Virus record (IMG/VR): IMGVR_UViG_3300031555_010821
DNA: 64,000 bases
Origin: an uncultured virus (IMG/VR IMGVR_UViG_3300031555_010821)
Lineage: Duplodnaviria; Heunggongvirae; Uroviricota; Caudoviricetes
Strand: one strand, 5' to 3'
The notes below the pieces were generated by a model that saw nothing but the letters and a program-made list of their open reading frames with translations, did no database searches and was not told where the DNA came from. The translations under genes were made by a program, and so were the position numbers. Positions within the stretch are counted from its first letter, which is position 1. Each line of letters begins with the position of its first letter. Below, in pieces: positions 19,294-27,719 of the stretch.

Positions 19294-19971
19294 CTATTCT
19301 TTTACAACACCAACTTCGACACCAGTTCGAAGCATAGGGCAGCCAAGAAAAGCATCGAGGCGGCGAGAAAGAGTTTTCGACCTGTGCTCCGCGAATCGCC
19401 CGAGTCGATCAGAGCAGAAAGCGCAGCCGCTGTTGCCACAACTAGCATTAGTGTTTTGAAGTACGCCATAGTATGTTCCTCCCGTTGTTGTCTTTTGTTC
19501 AGTCACAAGTCGATCAAAGTGATACTCCATGAGCCAACGAACGTCAGGCGCCCAATTCGGATTGCCTGGGCAATACACAGACGCGATCTGATCGATGTTC
19601 TTGCCAGAATAGATGCTGCTTGAGATCAACTTGCCGAAGTATCGAATGCCTTCCTCCGCAGTCTGGAATTGCATAAATCCTGTCTGATAGTAGAAGCCGA
19701 AGAAGTTGTTCGTGTTCGCCTGGTACTTACCCAGACCGGATTCCAGATTGCAGACCGATAAAGCAAATAGGCCGTTGACTCCGTATTCGTCTTCAACCGC
19801 CTCAAAATATTCGCCACACCCTTCGAGCGCTGATCCTTCCAAGAGCTTGTCGAAATGAGCTGCGCTCAGATTGCTGGTGGCGTATGGGTCATATGTAAGA
19901 ACCGGCTCCTCCGCAACAGGGATGCTAAGTAGCGAGCTTAAAAGCATCGTGGTAAGTAAAGCAATCTTCAT
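19294..19971 (-). CDS. Secreted glucosaminidase-domain (GH73-like) cell-wall hydrolase
   Basis: Signal peptide; YGVNGLFALSVCNLESGLG, NNFFG, YC....W. Confidence 0.8.
   Translation of the reverse strand: MKIALLTTMLLSSLLSIPVAEEPVLTYDPYATSNLSAAHFDKLLEGSALEGCGEYFEAVEDEYGVNGLFALSVCNLESGLGKYQANTNNFFGFYYQTGFMQFQTAEEGIRYFGKLISSSIYSGKNIDQIASVYCPGNPNWAPDVRWLMEYHFDRLVTEQKTTTGGTYYGVLQNTNASCGNSGCAFCSDRLGRFAEHRSKTLSRRLDAFLGCPMLRTGVEVGVVKE
19302..19469 (-). CDS. 55-aa two-TM membrane protein nested in glucosaminidase tail
   Basis: Read manually; GGGAGG RBS; MAYFKTLMLVVATAAALSAL...LFLAALCFELVSKLVL. Confidence 0.55.
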   Translation of the reverse strand: MAYFKTLMLVVATAAALSALIDSGDSRSTGRKLFLAASMLFLAALCFELVSKLVL

Positions 19972-19977
19972 GTTTTC

Positions 19978-20382
19978 TCAGGCCTCCGTCCCGAAGAATT
20001 CGCGGAGCTTCTCGCAGGCAAAGTCCTCCACCAGAATCATGTAGTCAAAACCAGGATTCGGATACTTTCGTTCGAACTCCTTGGCCCACTCGAAGATGCA
20101 GACATACAACTCTCGACTTTCGTATTCCTCATCCTTGTCGGCAAAAAGCGGAATGCAGGTCGTAATATCGTATATCGTTTCTCCGAGCCGGTAGACTTCC
20201 AGATCCGGCAGCTCATCAAGGAAAGCGTCAGTCTCTACACCATCCGAGAACCGGATGCGAAACATGGGACCGACTTCATCATCGACCTTGTCGGGCGTAA
20301 GCTGACGCAGGATCTCTGCTGCCTGGCCGTTTCTGCTGTTCCATTCGCTGTCTCCACAGCATACAAAGATGCTCTTGTTCAT
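19978..20382 (-). CDS. Hypothetical protein
   Basis: Coupled ORF. Confidence 0.65.
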   Translation of the reverse strand: MNKSIFVCCGDSEWNSRNGQAAEILRQLTPDKVDDEVGPMFRIRFSDGVETDAFLDELPDLEVYRLGETIYDITTCIPLFADKDEEYESRELYVCIFEWAKEFERKYPNPGFDYMILVEDFACEKLREFFGTEA

Positions 20383-20846
20383 TTGATTTCCTCCTTCAAC
20401 TGGCGCTCAACGAGCTCCAGATATTCGGTGTAGCCGTACTGCTTCGCCCAAGTTCGGTCCCTGTCCCAGGAAAAGACTTTCGGGTTTTGAAACTGCTCTA
20501 CAAACAGCTTCCAGTAGGCCAATTCTCCTTTGCTTCCGCGCGTCGGTTTACCACTCGGAAAAATTGATTTACACACCGGTAACATCGAGGCGAAAAACAT
20601 ACCCGAATCATCGGGCTTCATTTCTCTCTGCCACATCAGCCAGGATGCTGCCTCCGCAAAATCTTTGGCAACTTTTCTCGATTGTTCTAGAGCTATTTCT
20701 GCTACTTTAGGAATAGCAGTCAGCAGCGCACTTGTATGGTGGACCGACTGTTCGGAATACTGCATGATGAGGAATCCGACGGCTTCGTCGACATCCTCCC
20801 AATTCAAGATCTCTTGCAGGATCTGTTTCTCGTGCTCCGGAAGCAT
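20379..20846 (-). CDS. Hypothetical protein
   Basis: Coupled ORF. Confidence 0.65.
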   Translation of the reverse strand: MLPEHEKQILQEILNWEDVDEAVGFLIMQYSEQSVHHTSALLTAIPKVAEIALEQSRKVAKDFAEAASWLMWQREMKPDDSGMFFASMLPVCKSIFPSGKPTRGSKGELAYWKLFVEQFQNPKVFSWDRDRTWAKQYGYTEYLELVERQLKEEIK

Positions 20847-20847
20847 A

Positions 20848-21129
20848 TCAGCTCTCCCCCTTCATAAGTCGCTTGATTTCGTCCCGGTATTCCTTCGTGG
20901 TCAGGACAGATACTCTAGGCGTTGCAGTGTCCGCATCGAGCACTCTCGTCACGGACGAAATGATGTAACCGTTCATGCTGAGGTTGGCACAGTATCGCGC
21001 GAGTTCGCCCATCGTGTCACCCTCATTCGGGACCTCCACCAGGAATCCGCCGTGTGTAGTCTTAATCCGAAAAACGATGCCTTCAATTCGTTTTGATTGC
21101 ATATCGGCCATCCTTTCATTCACCTGCAT
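20848..21129 (-). CDS. Hypothetical protein
   Basis: Coupled ORF. Confidence 0.6.
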   Translation of the reverse strand: MQVNERMADMQSKRIEGIVFRIKTTHGGFLVEVPNEGDTMGELARYCANLSMNGYIISSVTRVLDADTATPRVSVLTTKEYRDEIKRLMKGES

Positions 21130-21335
21130 TATCTTCTATCCTTTCTGGCGTTGCGATAGCGGTAATACGTTTCTTCATCATCTTCATATCCGCCGATTCG
21201 CTCTAGCAACCGAACCAGGCCGGGAAGTCTCGGCAGAATATAATCAGAAATGATGCCGCAAACGATGATACCCAGGATAACGCACATCATCACGCCGCCC
21301 CATGCAACTAATTTATCAAGCATTTCAATCGTCAT
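21129..21335 (-). CDS. Small membrane protein
   Basis: Hydrophobic helix; GGAGG RBS. Confidence 0.6.
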   Translation of the reverse strand: MTIEMLDKLVAWGGVMMCVILGIIVCGIISDYILPRLPGLVRLLERIGGYEDDEETYYRYRNARKDRR

Positions 21336-21350
21336 TGTCTTTGGCCCTCC

Positions 21351-21608
21351 TTAGTGTTCGGTACTATATCCGGCGAACAGAACTTCTCCTGTTCTGGGGT
21401 TGATGAATTTGTGGTAGTTGAACGGGGCGTGCTCCGCCGGCTCGTAGATCAGGCGGATCATGGCGCCGAACACGGTGCCGTCGAACACCTCGAACTCGCA
21501 GTCGGTACAGTCACGGAAGCCGAAGAACTCGATGATCTGAGCTGCGGTGTTCACGGAGAGGTCGATCTCGCCGTCGGGGTGCTTGGTCTGAACGAAGTAT
21601 TTCTTCAT
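21351..21608 (-). CDS. Hypothetical protein
   Basis: AGGAGG RBS. Confidence 0.7.
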   Translation of the reverse strand: MKKYFVQTKHPDGEIDLSVNTAAQIIEFFGFRDCTDCEFEVFDGTVFGAMIRLIYEPAEHAPFNYHKFINPRTGEVLFAGYSTEH

Positions 21609-21623
21609 CTTCTTGTCCTCCTA

Positions 21624-21974
21624 TCAGTATCGGGATCGAGCGTAGTATGCGATCTCGTGGATTGCATCCTGGATGCCGCTCTTGACAGTCTGCTCAGCGC
21701 CGATCCTGGGGTTGGGCTGCTCTGCTACCATGTAGCACTCGATATGATCGCCGTCGGGCAGGCAAGCCCAGAGCCAGTTGCCGGCCTCCTCATCGCAGTC
21801 GAGGGTAATGATGAAGCAATTCTGCTTCTCCTCCAGATAGTCCAGATAGCCCCAACGGATACGGACTATCTTTTTGCCGATGGATTTCACCGACCACTTC
21901 CAGTTCGGGTCTTTCTCATTTTCTTTTGCAACACACTCTCGAATCAGGTCCGAGTAATTTCTAAGGTCAAGCAT
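21624..21974 (-). CDS. Hypothetical protein
   Basis: First gene after promoter copy 5; AAAGGAG RBS. Confidence 0.7.
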   Translation of the reverse strand: MLDLRNYSDLIRECVAKENEKDPNWKWSVKSIGKKIVRIRWGYLDYLEEKQNCFIITLDCDEEAGNWLWACLPDGDHIECYMVAEQPNPRIGAEQTVKSGIQDAIHEIAYYARSRY

Positions 21975-22031
21975 TTCATTCTCTCCTTTTACCGCTGTGT
22001 GCATTTTAAATAGCTGTGTAGTAAAGTTGTC

Positions 22032-22069
22032 TGTGACTTTACTATAACTGACCTACCGGTAAAGTCAAG
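22032..22069 (-). promoter_or_regulatory. Repeated phage promoter, copy 5
   Basis: TTGACT-ttaccggtaggtcagt-TATAGT. Confidence 0.7.
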
Positions 22070-22442
22070 TAAAATATTCGCATTTTCAGAATTATTTTCT
22101 TTAAATACTGCATTTCGTTGATTGCTTGATATGAGGCTTTGAGAGCTTCATTTCCGGCTTTTTGTAATCGATGTATAGGTGTATGGAAAAGTGCTAAAGT
22201 GCCCGAGAGACGTATCCGTCAAAACAAGCTCCCCGCCTATTACGTTCTTTGTGCAATTTGTATAGTTGCACAAAACCAGTGATTATGCGAGGCTGATTGC
22301 TGTACGAGGCCGCTGGAGCCTTTATGCGGCCCTTTCTGCAAATTGGTAAGATTGTTCCCTGTGCTGGTTTTCTCTCAATTTTGTTGGTTTAGCGAGATTT
22401 CCTGCCAAAGTAGACGTCGGGTGAATATTGCATACGAAAAAC

Positions 22443-22485
22443 AAAAAAATCCCCCACACCAGCCGAAGCCGATGTGGGGGATTCT
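22443..22485 (-). terminator. Terminator ending the late/lysis operon
   Basis: aatcccccaca...tgtgggggatt stem plus U-tract. Confidence 0.75.
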
Positions 22486-22573
22486 TCAATATACCGCTAT
22501 TCAGTTTTTTTGAAGCCGCTAGGGGGCGCAGCCTCCTGAACAGCGGGCGCATCGGGCTGGAGGTCGGACCCGT

Positions 22574-23068
22574 TTACGCTTTGTTCAGAATGGCCATGAT
22601 GATGGCCTCGCAGATTTCCTTCTTCGTGGCACGATCTTCAATGGGAACTCCGTATTCGGCGGCTTTATCCTTGAGCGCGGTCAGGGTCAGGTTAAACAGT
22701 TCAGTAATAAGTTCTGTTGCTGCTTCAAGGGCCAGTTCTTTCTCCACTTCAGGTGCTGCTTCCAGGTTGGCAATTGCTTCATTGTACGCAACAGCATACT
22801 TGCGCATCCAATCAAAAATCCACTGCGCAATTTTCTCCAAACGCTCTGCTGTAAAAATGCCTCTCAGGAACTTGGGAACCTTCTCAGTAAGGCTGGCTAC
22901 GACAATCGCCATCTTCTTGGGGCCGTCAAGGCCGGTCAGTTCAGCGATGGCGACGAATTCGCTGACGGCTTTGAACACATTGCCGCGAACGACAAAGAAA
23001 AAGGTAAGGCCGACTGCGATCGCAAAGAGCGCAGTTACGACGATGCTGATAATTTCAAAGATACTCAT
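22574..23068 (-). CDS. Holin-like membrane protein with C-terminal HeH/LEM-like motif
   Basis: N-terminal TM; AE..G..G.KK motif; directly after endolysin. Confidence 0.55.
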   Translation of the reverse strand: MSIFEIISIVVTALFAIAVGLTFFFVVRGNVFKAVSEFVAIAELTGLDGPKKMAIVVASLTEKVPKFLRGIFTAERLEKIAQWIFDWMRKYAVAYNEAIANLEAAPEVEKELALEAATELITELFNLTLTALKDKAAEYGVPIEDRATKKEICEAIIMAILNKA

Positions 23069-23085
23069 GGTTTACTTTCCTCCAT

Positions 23086-24009
23086 TCAGTTCGGAATCTT
23101 GATTCTCTGACCAACGCGGATGATTTCGCTCTTCATTCCGTTGTAGGTCATGATTTCCTTATACCGGGTGCCGTCGCCCAGGTGCTTTACAGCAATTCCC
23201 CACAGGGTATCGCCCTTGCCAACGACATGGATTTTTTCAGGGGTGGAAGCCACAGCAGAAACGTCAGCCGCATCCACCCAGCCATAGACCGTAGAGCCGC
23301 CGCCACTCACGTTAATGAGGTGGTACGGGTGCTTCGCGTTCTTGGCAATGGCAGTCACCTTGGCTATGCCGGGTTTGCAGGCAGCGCCGATAGTGGTGTT
23401 TGCTGCCGAGTAGTGCTTGCTTCCTGTGAAGTTGACAGTACATCCAACCTTGAAGTCTGCCTTTGCCGGTGCAGGTTTGGCTGGAGCCGTTGCTCCCATG
23501 CTTGCGGCCTTGATGGCGTATTTCGGGACACCATAGCCACGGATGCCCTTCGAGTTGACCGCGATGTTTCGGTAGCCAACAGAGTTGCTCATATTGCCTT
23601 CGATGACGCGGATCGTGCTGCCGGTTACAGACACCACAATGCCGACGTGGTCTGAATATCCAGTGTTGTCGCCATTGCCGCTGTCGTCCCAATCATAGAA
23701 GATGTAGTCGCCAGGGGCCGGCACATACGCATCGTTCTCGACCCAAATGCCAAGCTTCTTGAACAGCATGATATGGGCTTCGCAGCCGCATTCGGTCGGG
23801 ATGATGTCTGTCAGCTCAGCGGCAATCGCCACAGCGCTGGCATAGGTACTGCACCAGGCATCCGTGTATTTCACACGGTAGCCTCTCGCCAGGGGCTTGT
23901 GGGCGTTATACAGGTCGATGATTTTCTTGTGGGAACCATCGGACTCCTTATAGCCCAGATAGCGCTCTGCGGTGCTTACAACCTTTTTTCTCAGATCTGC
24001 TTCAGTCAT
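23086..24009 (-). CDS. Endolysin (CHAP + wall-binding domain + LysM)
   Basis: AWCSTY, PGDYIFYDW, DHVGIV, IEGN; KGDTLWGIA...IRVGQRIKIP. Confidence 0.92.
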   Translation of the reverse strand: MTEADLRKKVVSTAERYLGYKESDGSHKKIIDLYNAHKPLARGYRVKYTDAWCSTYASAVAIAAELTDIIPTECGCEAHIMLFKKLGIWVENDAYVPAPGDYIFYDWDDSGNGDNTGYSDHVGIVVSVTGSTIRVIEGNMSNSVGYRNIAVNSKGIRGYGVPKYAIKAASMGATAPAKPAPAKADFKVGCTVNFTGSKHYSAANTTIGAACKPGIAKVTAIAKNAKHPYHLINVSGGGSTVYGWVDAADVSAVASTPEKIHVVGKGDTLWGIAVKHLGDGTRYKEIMTYNGMKSEIIRVGQRIKIPN

Positions 24010-24021
24010 TTGTGGGCCTCC

Positions 24022-24474
24022 TTACAGCTCGTTTCGCGGAGTATCATAAGTGGCGTCTGTTTTTGCCGCTTCTTCATGCTTCCGCTGTTCTTCGAGTCGC
24101 CAATTACGCTCTCTGTACTTTTCCTTTGTGGTCTTAATCCAACCGAGCGCACCGCACTCACCGCCGCACAGGCCGAATACGCAGGTAATAAGAGTGTCAG
24201 GAGTGGCCGAGTAGGTCTCAAACAGATCGATCATCTTCAAGGTGAACAACAGTAGCCCAACGGCCATGATAATGAGGATGATGTCCATTGTTCCAATCTT
24301 GATGACGCGCTTCGGCTTGACAGCCTCCACTTCTGCTTCCTGCTTCTTTGCAGCCTGCTTCCGCTTTCGCAGTTTTCTGCGGATGCGCGAGATTGCTGCG
24401 GCGATCAGATACACCACTGCAAAGCCAATGGCAAATGAGCCGATGGCAGCCATGATGGTTTTTGCGATATCCAT
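24022..24474 (-). CDS. Holin-like membrane protein
   Basis: 2-3 TM segments, charged C-terminus, immediately upstream of endolysin. Confidence 0.6.
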   Translation of the reverse strand: MDIAKTIMAAIGSFAIGFAVVYLIAAAISRIRRKLRKRKQAAKKQEAEVEAVKPKRVIKIGTMDIILIIMAVGLLLFTLKMIDLFETYSATPDTLITCVFGLCGGECGALGWIKTTKEKYRERNWRLEEQRKHEEAAKTDATYDTPRNEL

Positions 24475-24486
24475 AAAGATTCCTCC

Positions 24487-24750
24487 TTAGAATTTCGGCG
24501 GCAGCTCGTTCACAATCTCGATCAGATGGTCAACCGAGTCATCGCCGCCAAGGTCTTCCCGGTAGCAGGTGCGCATCTGGTTCAGACGTTGGCGCTCATA
24601 TTCGGAAATCTCGCCGGCACGAATGTGCTCTTTCGCCGTGTTGATGATGCGGTCCTGCATACTAAGCCGCTCCGAACGCATCAGAGCATTGACCTGCATA
24701 GATAAAACAAAAAGCCGCTCTTCGAGCGGCAGCTTATCTCCCTGAACCAT
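24487..24750 (-). CDS. Lysis-region hypothetical protein
   Basis: Y..LGGD...VNELP motif. Confidence 0.6.
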   Translation of the reverse strand: MVQGDKLPLEERLFVLSMQVNALMRSERLSMQDRIINTAKEHIRAGEISEYERQRLNQMRTCYREDLGGDDSVDHLIEIVNELPPKF

Positions 24751-24784
24751 GTGTTACATCACTCCTGAAATAGAATCTTTTCAT

Positions 24785-25213
24785 TCAAAGAAACGAGTGA
24801 TCTTTCAGACACTCGCTATAAACTGACTTGATATGCTGCGTCGTCATAACGGTCATATCGTTTTCAAAATCCGGGTGTGTGGCACAGTGATTCTCGTAAA
24901 AAGTAATATCCGTCAGGGTCTGGTCGAAGTGCTCCTTCGTGTGCTTTACATCGTGCAGCAATTCATCGCCGAATCTGAGAATGCGGACGCGGCAGCCGAT
25001 TGCTCGTTGCTCCGCCTGTTCATGTTTGATAGACGAAACTTCCGCTTTCATCTTGTTTACTTCCTCCAGCACCTCACTATTGATTGCGCGGCCAATGGCT
25101 CTAGCCAAAGCCGTCCAAGGGTCGAATTTTATAGGGGAAATCTGAATTAGCGTCATTAAAGCGGCAATACCAATGGCACTTACCGCCGCAATTTCTCCAA
25201 TCAAGTTTTCCAT
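24785..25213 (-). CDS. Lysis-region membrane protein
   Basis: IQISPIKFDPW...RILRFGDEL. Confidence 0.75.
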   Translation of the reverse strand: MENLIGEIAAVSAIGIAALMTLIQISPIKFDPWTALARAIGRAINSEVLEEVNKMKAEVSSIKHEQAEQRAIGCRVRILRFGDELLHDVKHTKEHFDQTLTDITFYENHCATHPDFENDMTVMTTQHIKSVYSECLKDHSFL

Positions 25214-25244
25214 ATGACTTTCTCACCGCCGTTCTGGTTATAGT

Positions 25245-25279
25245 AAAAGGGGCAAGGCTTTCGCCCTGCCCGCTTTTTC
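25245..25279. terminator. Probable bidirectional terminator
   Basis: gggcaaggc-tttc-gccctgccc flanked by A and T tracts. Confidence 0.6.
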
Positions 25280-25299
25280 TAATTTCGTTCTACTTCGAA

Positions 25300-25446
25300 T
25301 TATTCAGCGACGGGATAATCCTCGCCAGTAATCACTGTGTACTCAGCGCCGGTGATAAGCTTGTCGGCAACTGCCTGGCGAACCCCTTCGAGAGTAATCC
25401 GCTTTGCGCGGTACAGAGTTCTGATTGCTTTAGCCTGTACACTCAT
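25300..25446 (-). CDS. xkdX: XkdX-like protein
   Basis: ITGAEYTVITGEDY; position between fibre and lysis genes. Confidence 0.75.
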   Translation of the reverse strand: MSVQAKAIRTLYRAKRITLEGVRQAVADKLITGAEYTVITGEDYPVAE

Positions 25447-25447
25447 T

Positions 25448-25840
25448 TCAAATACCTCCCAGCATGATTTCATACGCTTCTTCAAGCGCGGTCAACTTGC
25501 CCATCTTGGCGGTAATTCTGCCGTCGCGGTGGTCGGTCAGGTCGCCAGCCAGATTGAACTCACTGTTGTCCCACTCTGTTTCTACAGTATCGGTGCCGAT
25601 CTGAATGGGGAGTCCATCTTCATCCAGGACATTTTTACCATTCTCATCAGTTTCGTAGGTGGGGACTTCGGTCTGCTCCACGATGCTCCATGCAAGGCCG
25701 TCCACGAACAAAGCGATAGCGGTTTCGTAGTCCATTTCAATAGTGATAGACTTGCTTTCTCGATTATCCCACTCGGTATCGCTTACCCTGCCTTTGATGG
25801 TTGCGGGGTAAAGGGTTTCGTTTACTTTAATATAAATCAT
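25448..25840 (-). CDS. Tail-fibre-associated protein
   Basis: Synteny before xkdX. Confidence 0.7.
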   Translation of the reverse strand: MIYIKVNETLYPATIKGRVSDTEWDNRESKSITIEMDYETAIALFVDGLAWSIVEQTEVPTYETDENGKNVLDEDGLPIQIGTDTVETEWDNSEFNLAGDLTDHRDGRITAKMGKLTALEEAYEIMLGGI

Positions 25841-25859
25841 ACTTGTTCATCCTTTCATT

Positions 25860-26381
25860 TTAACCTGTAATTGTACACGTTATTGTTTCAAGGTCCATAC
25901 CAGAAATACCACCAGTTATACTACAATCCCCTTCCACGGTGAAGGAATATTCAGCCCATACTACAGAGCCATCATTAGGATTAATAACATAGTCATTATA
26001 GTCAAATGACCACGAGTTACCAGGCAACGATACAACAGTAGTACCATTGTGAGTGAACGTAACGCCTTTACAAGTATTGGGCCAATATTGTGCTTTTACA
26101 GTGATTATATCGCCAGCATTAACTGTGATTGAATATAAGCCTCCTCCTTCAGTCACTATATCACTAGAGCCCGTTAGACTCCAACCATTTAAATATATAG
26201 CCCAGCGTGTGGAATAAAATATACTAGAGGTAAGCTTACAAGGTTGTACAAATGGAATCTCATATGCCGTACCGCCGACCAGCGTTTTACCCTTATCAAT
26301 GCTATACGCTGTACCGCCGACAAGGGTTTTGCCGCCGCTGATTTCGTAGGCTGTGCCGCCTATCAATGTTTTTTGTGCCAT
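25860..26381 (-). CDS. Putative fibre-tip adhesin
   Basis: 3x KTL(I/V)GGTAY then AT-rich beta-rich domain. Confidence 0.65.
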   Translation of the reverse strand: MAQKTLIGGTAYEISGGKTLVGGTAYSIDKGKTLVGGTAYEIPFVQPCKLTSSIFYSTRWAIYLNGWSLTGSSDIVTEGGGLYSITVNAGDIITVKAQYWPNTCKGVTFTHNGTTVVSLPGNSWSFDYNDYVINPNDGSVVWAEYSFTVEGDCSITGGISGMDLETITCTITG

Positions 26382-26396
26382 AGGTCATGCACCTCC

Positions 26397-27194
26397 TTAC
26401 TTGTACTTCCAGTTGATTTCGCCGTTGACCGTGGGGTTCTCTTCGACGTCGACAGATACCAGTTTGCTGTTTCGAAGCAAATAAGTACCCGTGGCCTGTC
26501 CAGAACCGTTTGCTGCTACCTGCCCTGCAAAAGTACCAGCAGTGACTTGGCTTGCAGGATGAGTATGCGTTGTAGGCGGCATACTGGCCGGGAAATTCGT
26601 GATATCAGCCGTTGTATGCTGATGGGCAGACGGCGGCATAGTCGACGGGAAATCTGTTATTTGCGACTTGGAATGACTGTGGGAACTGTTGGCTTTGCCG
26701 CTCAGTTTTGTATCGACTTCACTTTCCGTATAGTACCGATCATCATGGGTGTGTGCGGTAGGTGTCATGCTTGTCGGAAAATCAGTGATTTCAGACTTCT
26801 TGTGGGTATGGCTGAAATCACTGATCTGCGACTTCGTATGAGTATGCGCGGTGGGAGTCATACTGGTCGGGAAATCGGAGATTTCGGAGGTCTTGTGAGA
26901 ATGCGAAGTCGGCGTCATCGAAGTTGGGAAATCGCTAATCTCCGACTTTTTGTGGGTGTGGCTGAAATCGCTGATCTCCGACTTTGTATGATTGTGGGAA
27001 GTCGGTGTCATACTGGTCGGGAAATCAGAAATATCTGCCTTAGAATGCGTGTGCGAAGTCGGCGTCATGGTCGTCGGGAAGTCAGAAATATCAGACTTCG
27101 AATGCTTGTGGGAAGAATTCGCCTTGCCGCCGACAATTCTCTTGATTTCGCTGACGAGCGTTTTCAGACCGTCATAGGTCAAATATTTCGCCAT
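26397..27194 (-). CDS. Tail fibre with HxH...DFP tandem repeats
   Basis: Repeated SHTHxKSxISDFPTSMTPT; HTHDDRYYTESEVD. Confidence 0.85.
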   Translation of the reverse strand: MAKYLTYDGLKTLVSEIKRIVGGKANSSHKHSKSDISDFPTTMTPTSHTHSKADISDFPTSMTPTSHNHTKSEISDFSHTHKKSEISDFPTSMTPTSHSHKTSEISDFPTSMTPTAHTHTKSQISDFSHTHKKSEITDFPTSMTPTAHTHDDRYYTESEVDTKLSGKANSSHSHSKSQITDFPSTMPPSAHQHTTADITNFPASMPPTTHTHPASQVTAGTFAGQVAANGSGQATGTYLLRNSKLVSVDVEENPTVNGEINWKYK

Positions 27195-27211
27195 GCTCGT
27201 GGCTCCTTTCG

Positions 27212-27412
27212 TTAGTCGTTAAACAAGGACGTGATTTCGTCCGTTGAGATGGGAACAATCTCGGGCATTTTAATACCCAAATCATCGGCGTTCAGCTTAA
27301 TGTCCTCACTCAACGGTTTTCCGTTAATGGTACGAGATGTCGGAACGTGCTTGCCGAGTCCTTCTTGCAGTTCCGACTTCGACACACCGGGAACATTGAT
27401 GATTCCTTTCAA
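27212..27412 (-). CDS. Short fibre adaptor
   Basis: VPTSRTINGKPLS repeat; PISTDEITSLF. Confidence 0.7.
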   Translation of the reverse strand: MKGIINVPGVSKSELQEGLGKHVPTSRTINGKPLSEDIKLNADDLGIKMPEIVPISTDEITSLFND

Positions 27413-27429
27413 GTTAACACCTCCCCGGA

Positions 27430-27552
27430 TTATGCAGTATCCTGCAACTTGTCGAGATCGCTAATAACAAGGTTATAGCAACCATCGTTTGCGTTGAAAG
27501 TGGCACCGCCGTTTACATCAGCGGTGCCACGCATAAATGTTTTAATCGCCAA
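27430..27552 (-). CDS. 40-aa hypothetical protein
   Basis: Read manually; AAGGAG RBS, TTG start. Confidence 0.45.
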   Translation of the reverse strand: MAIKTFMRGTADVNGGATFNANDGCYNLVISDLDKLQDTA

Positions 27553-27706
27553 GGCTAATCACTCCTTGAACTACACCTTCTCTAACTGCAAGAAGGTATT
27601 CGAGTGTATCTTCTTCCAACTTAATGGGTGTGCCGTCCGCTGAACCCTTATAGACTGCAACTACTTCCCGGTTTTTGCCCTTTTCGTCTTTCGCATAAAG
27701 TTTCAA
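27542..27706 (-). CDS. 54-aa fibre-associated protein (MKLYAKDEKGKNREVVAVYKG...)
   Basis: Read manually; AAGGAG RBS, TTG start. Confidence 0.55.
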   Translation of the reverse strand: MKLYAKDEKGKNREVVAVYKGSADGTPIKLEEDTLEYLLAVREGVVQGVISLGD

Positions 27707-27719
27707 TGGTCAGCACTCC

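Noticed and set aside
26580..27120. Tandem DNA repeats as a non-coding array
   Set aside because: They encode in-frame fibre repeats
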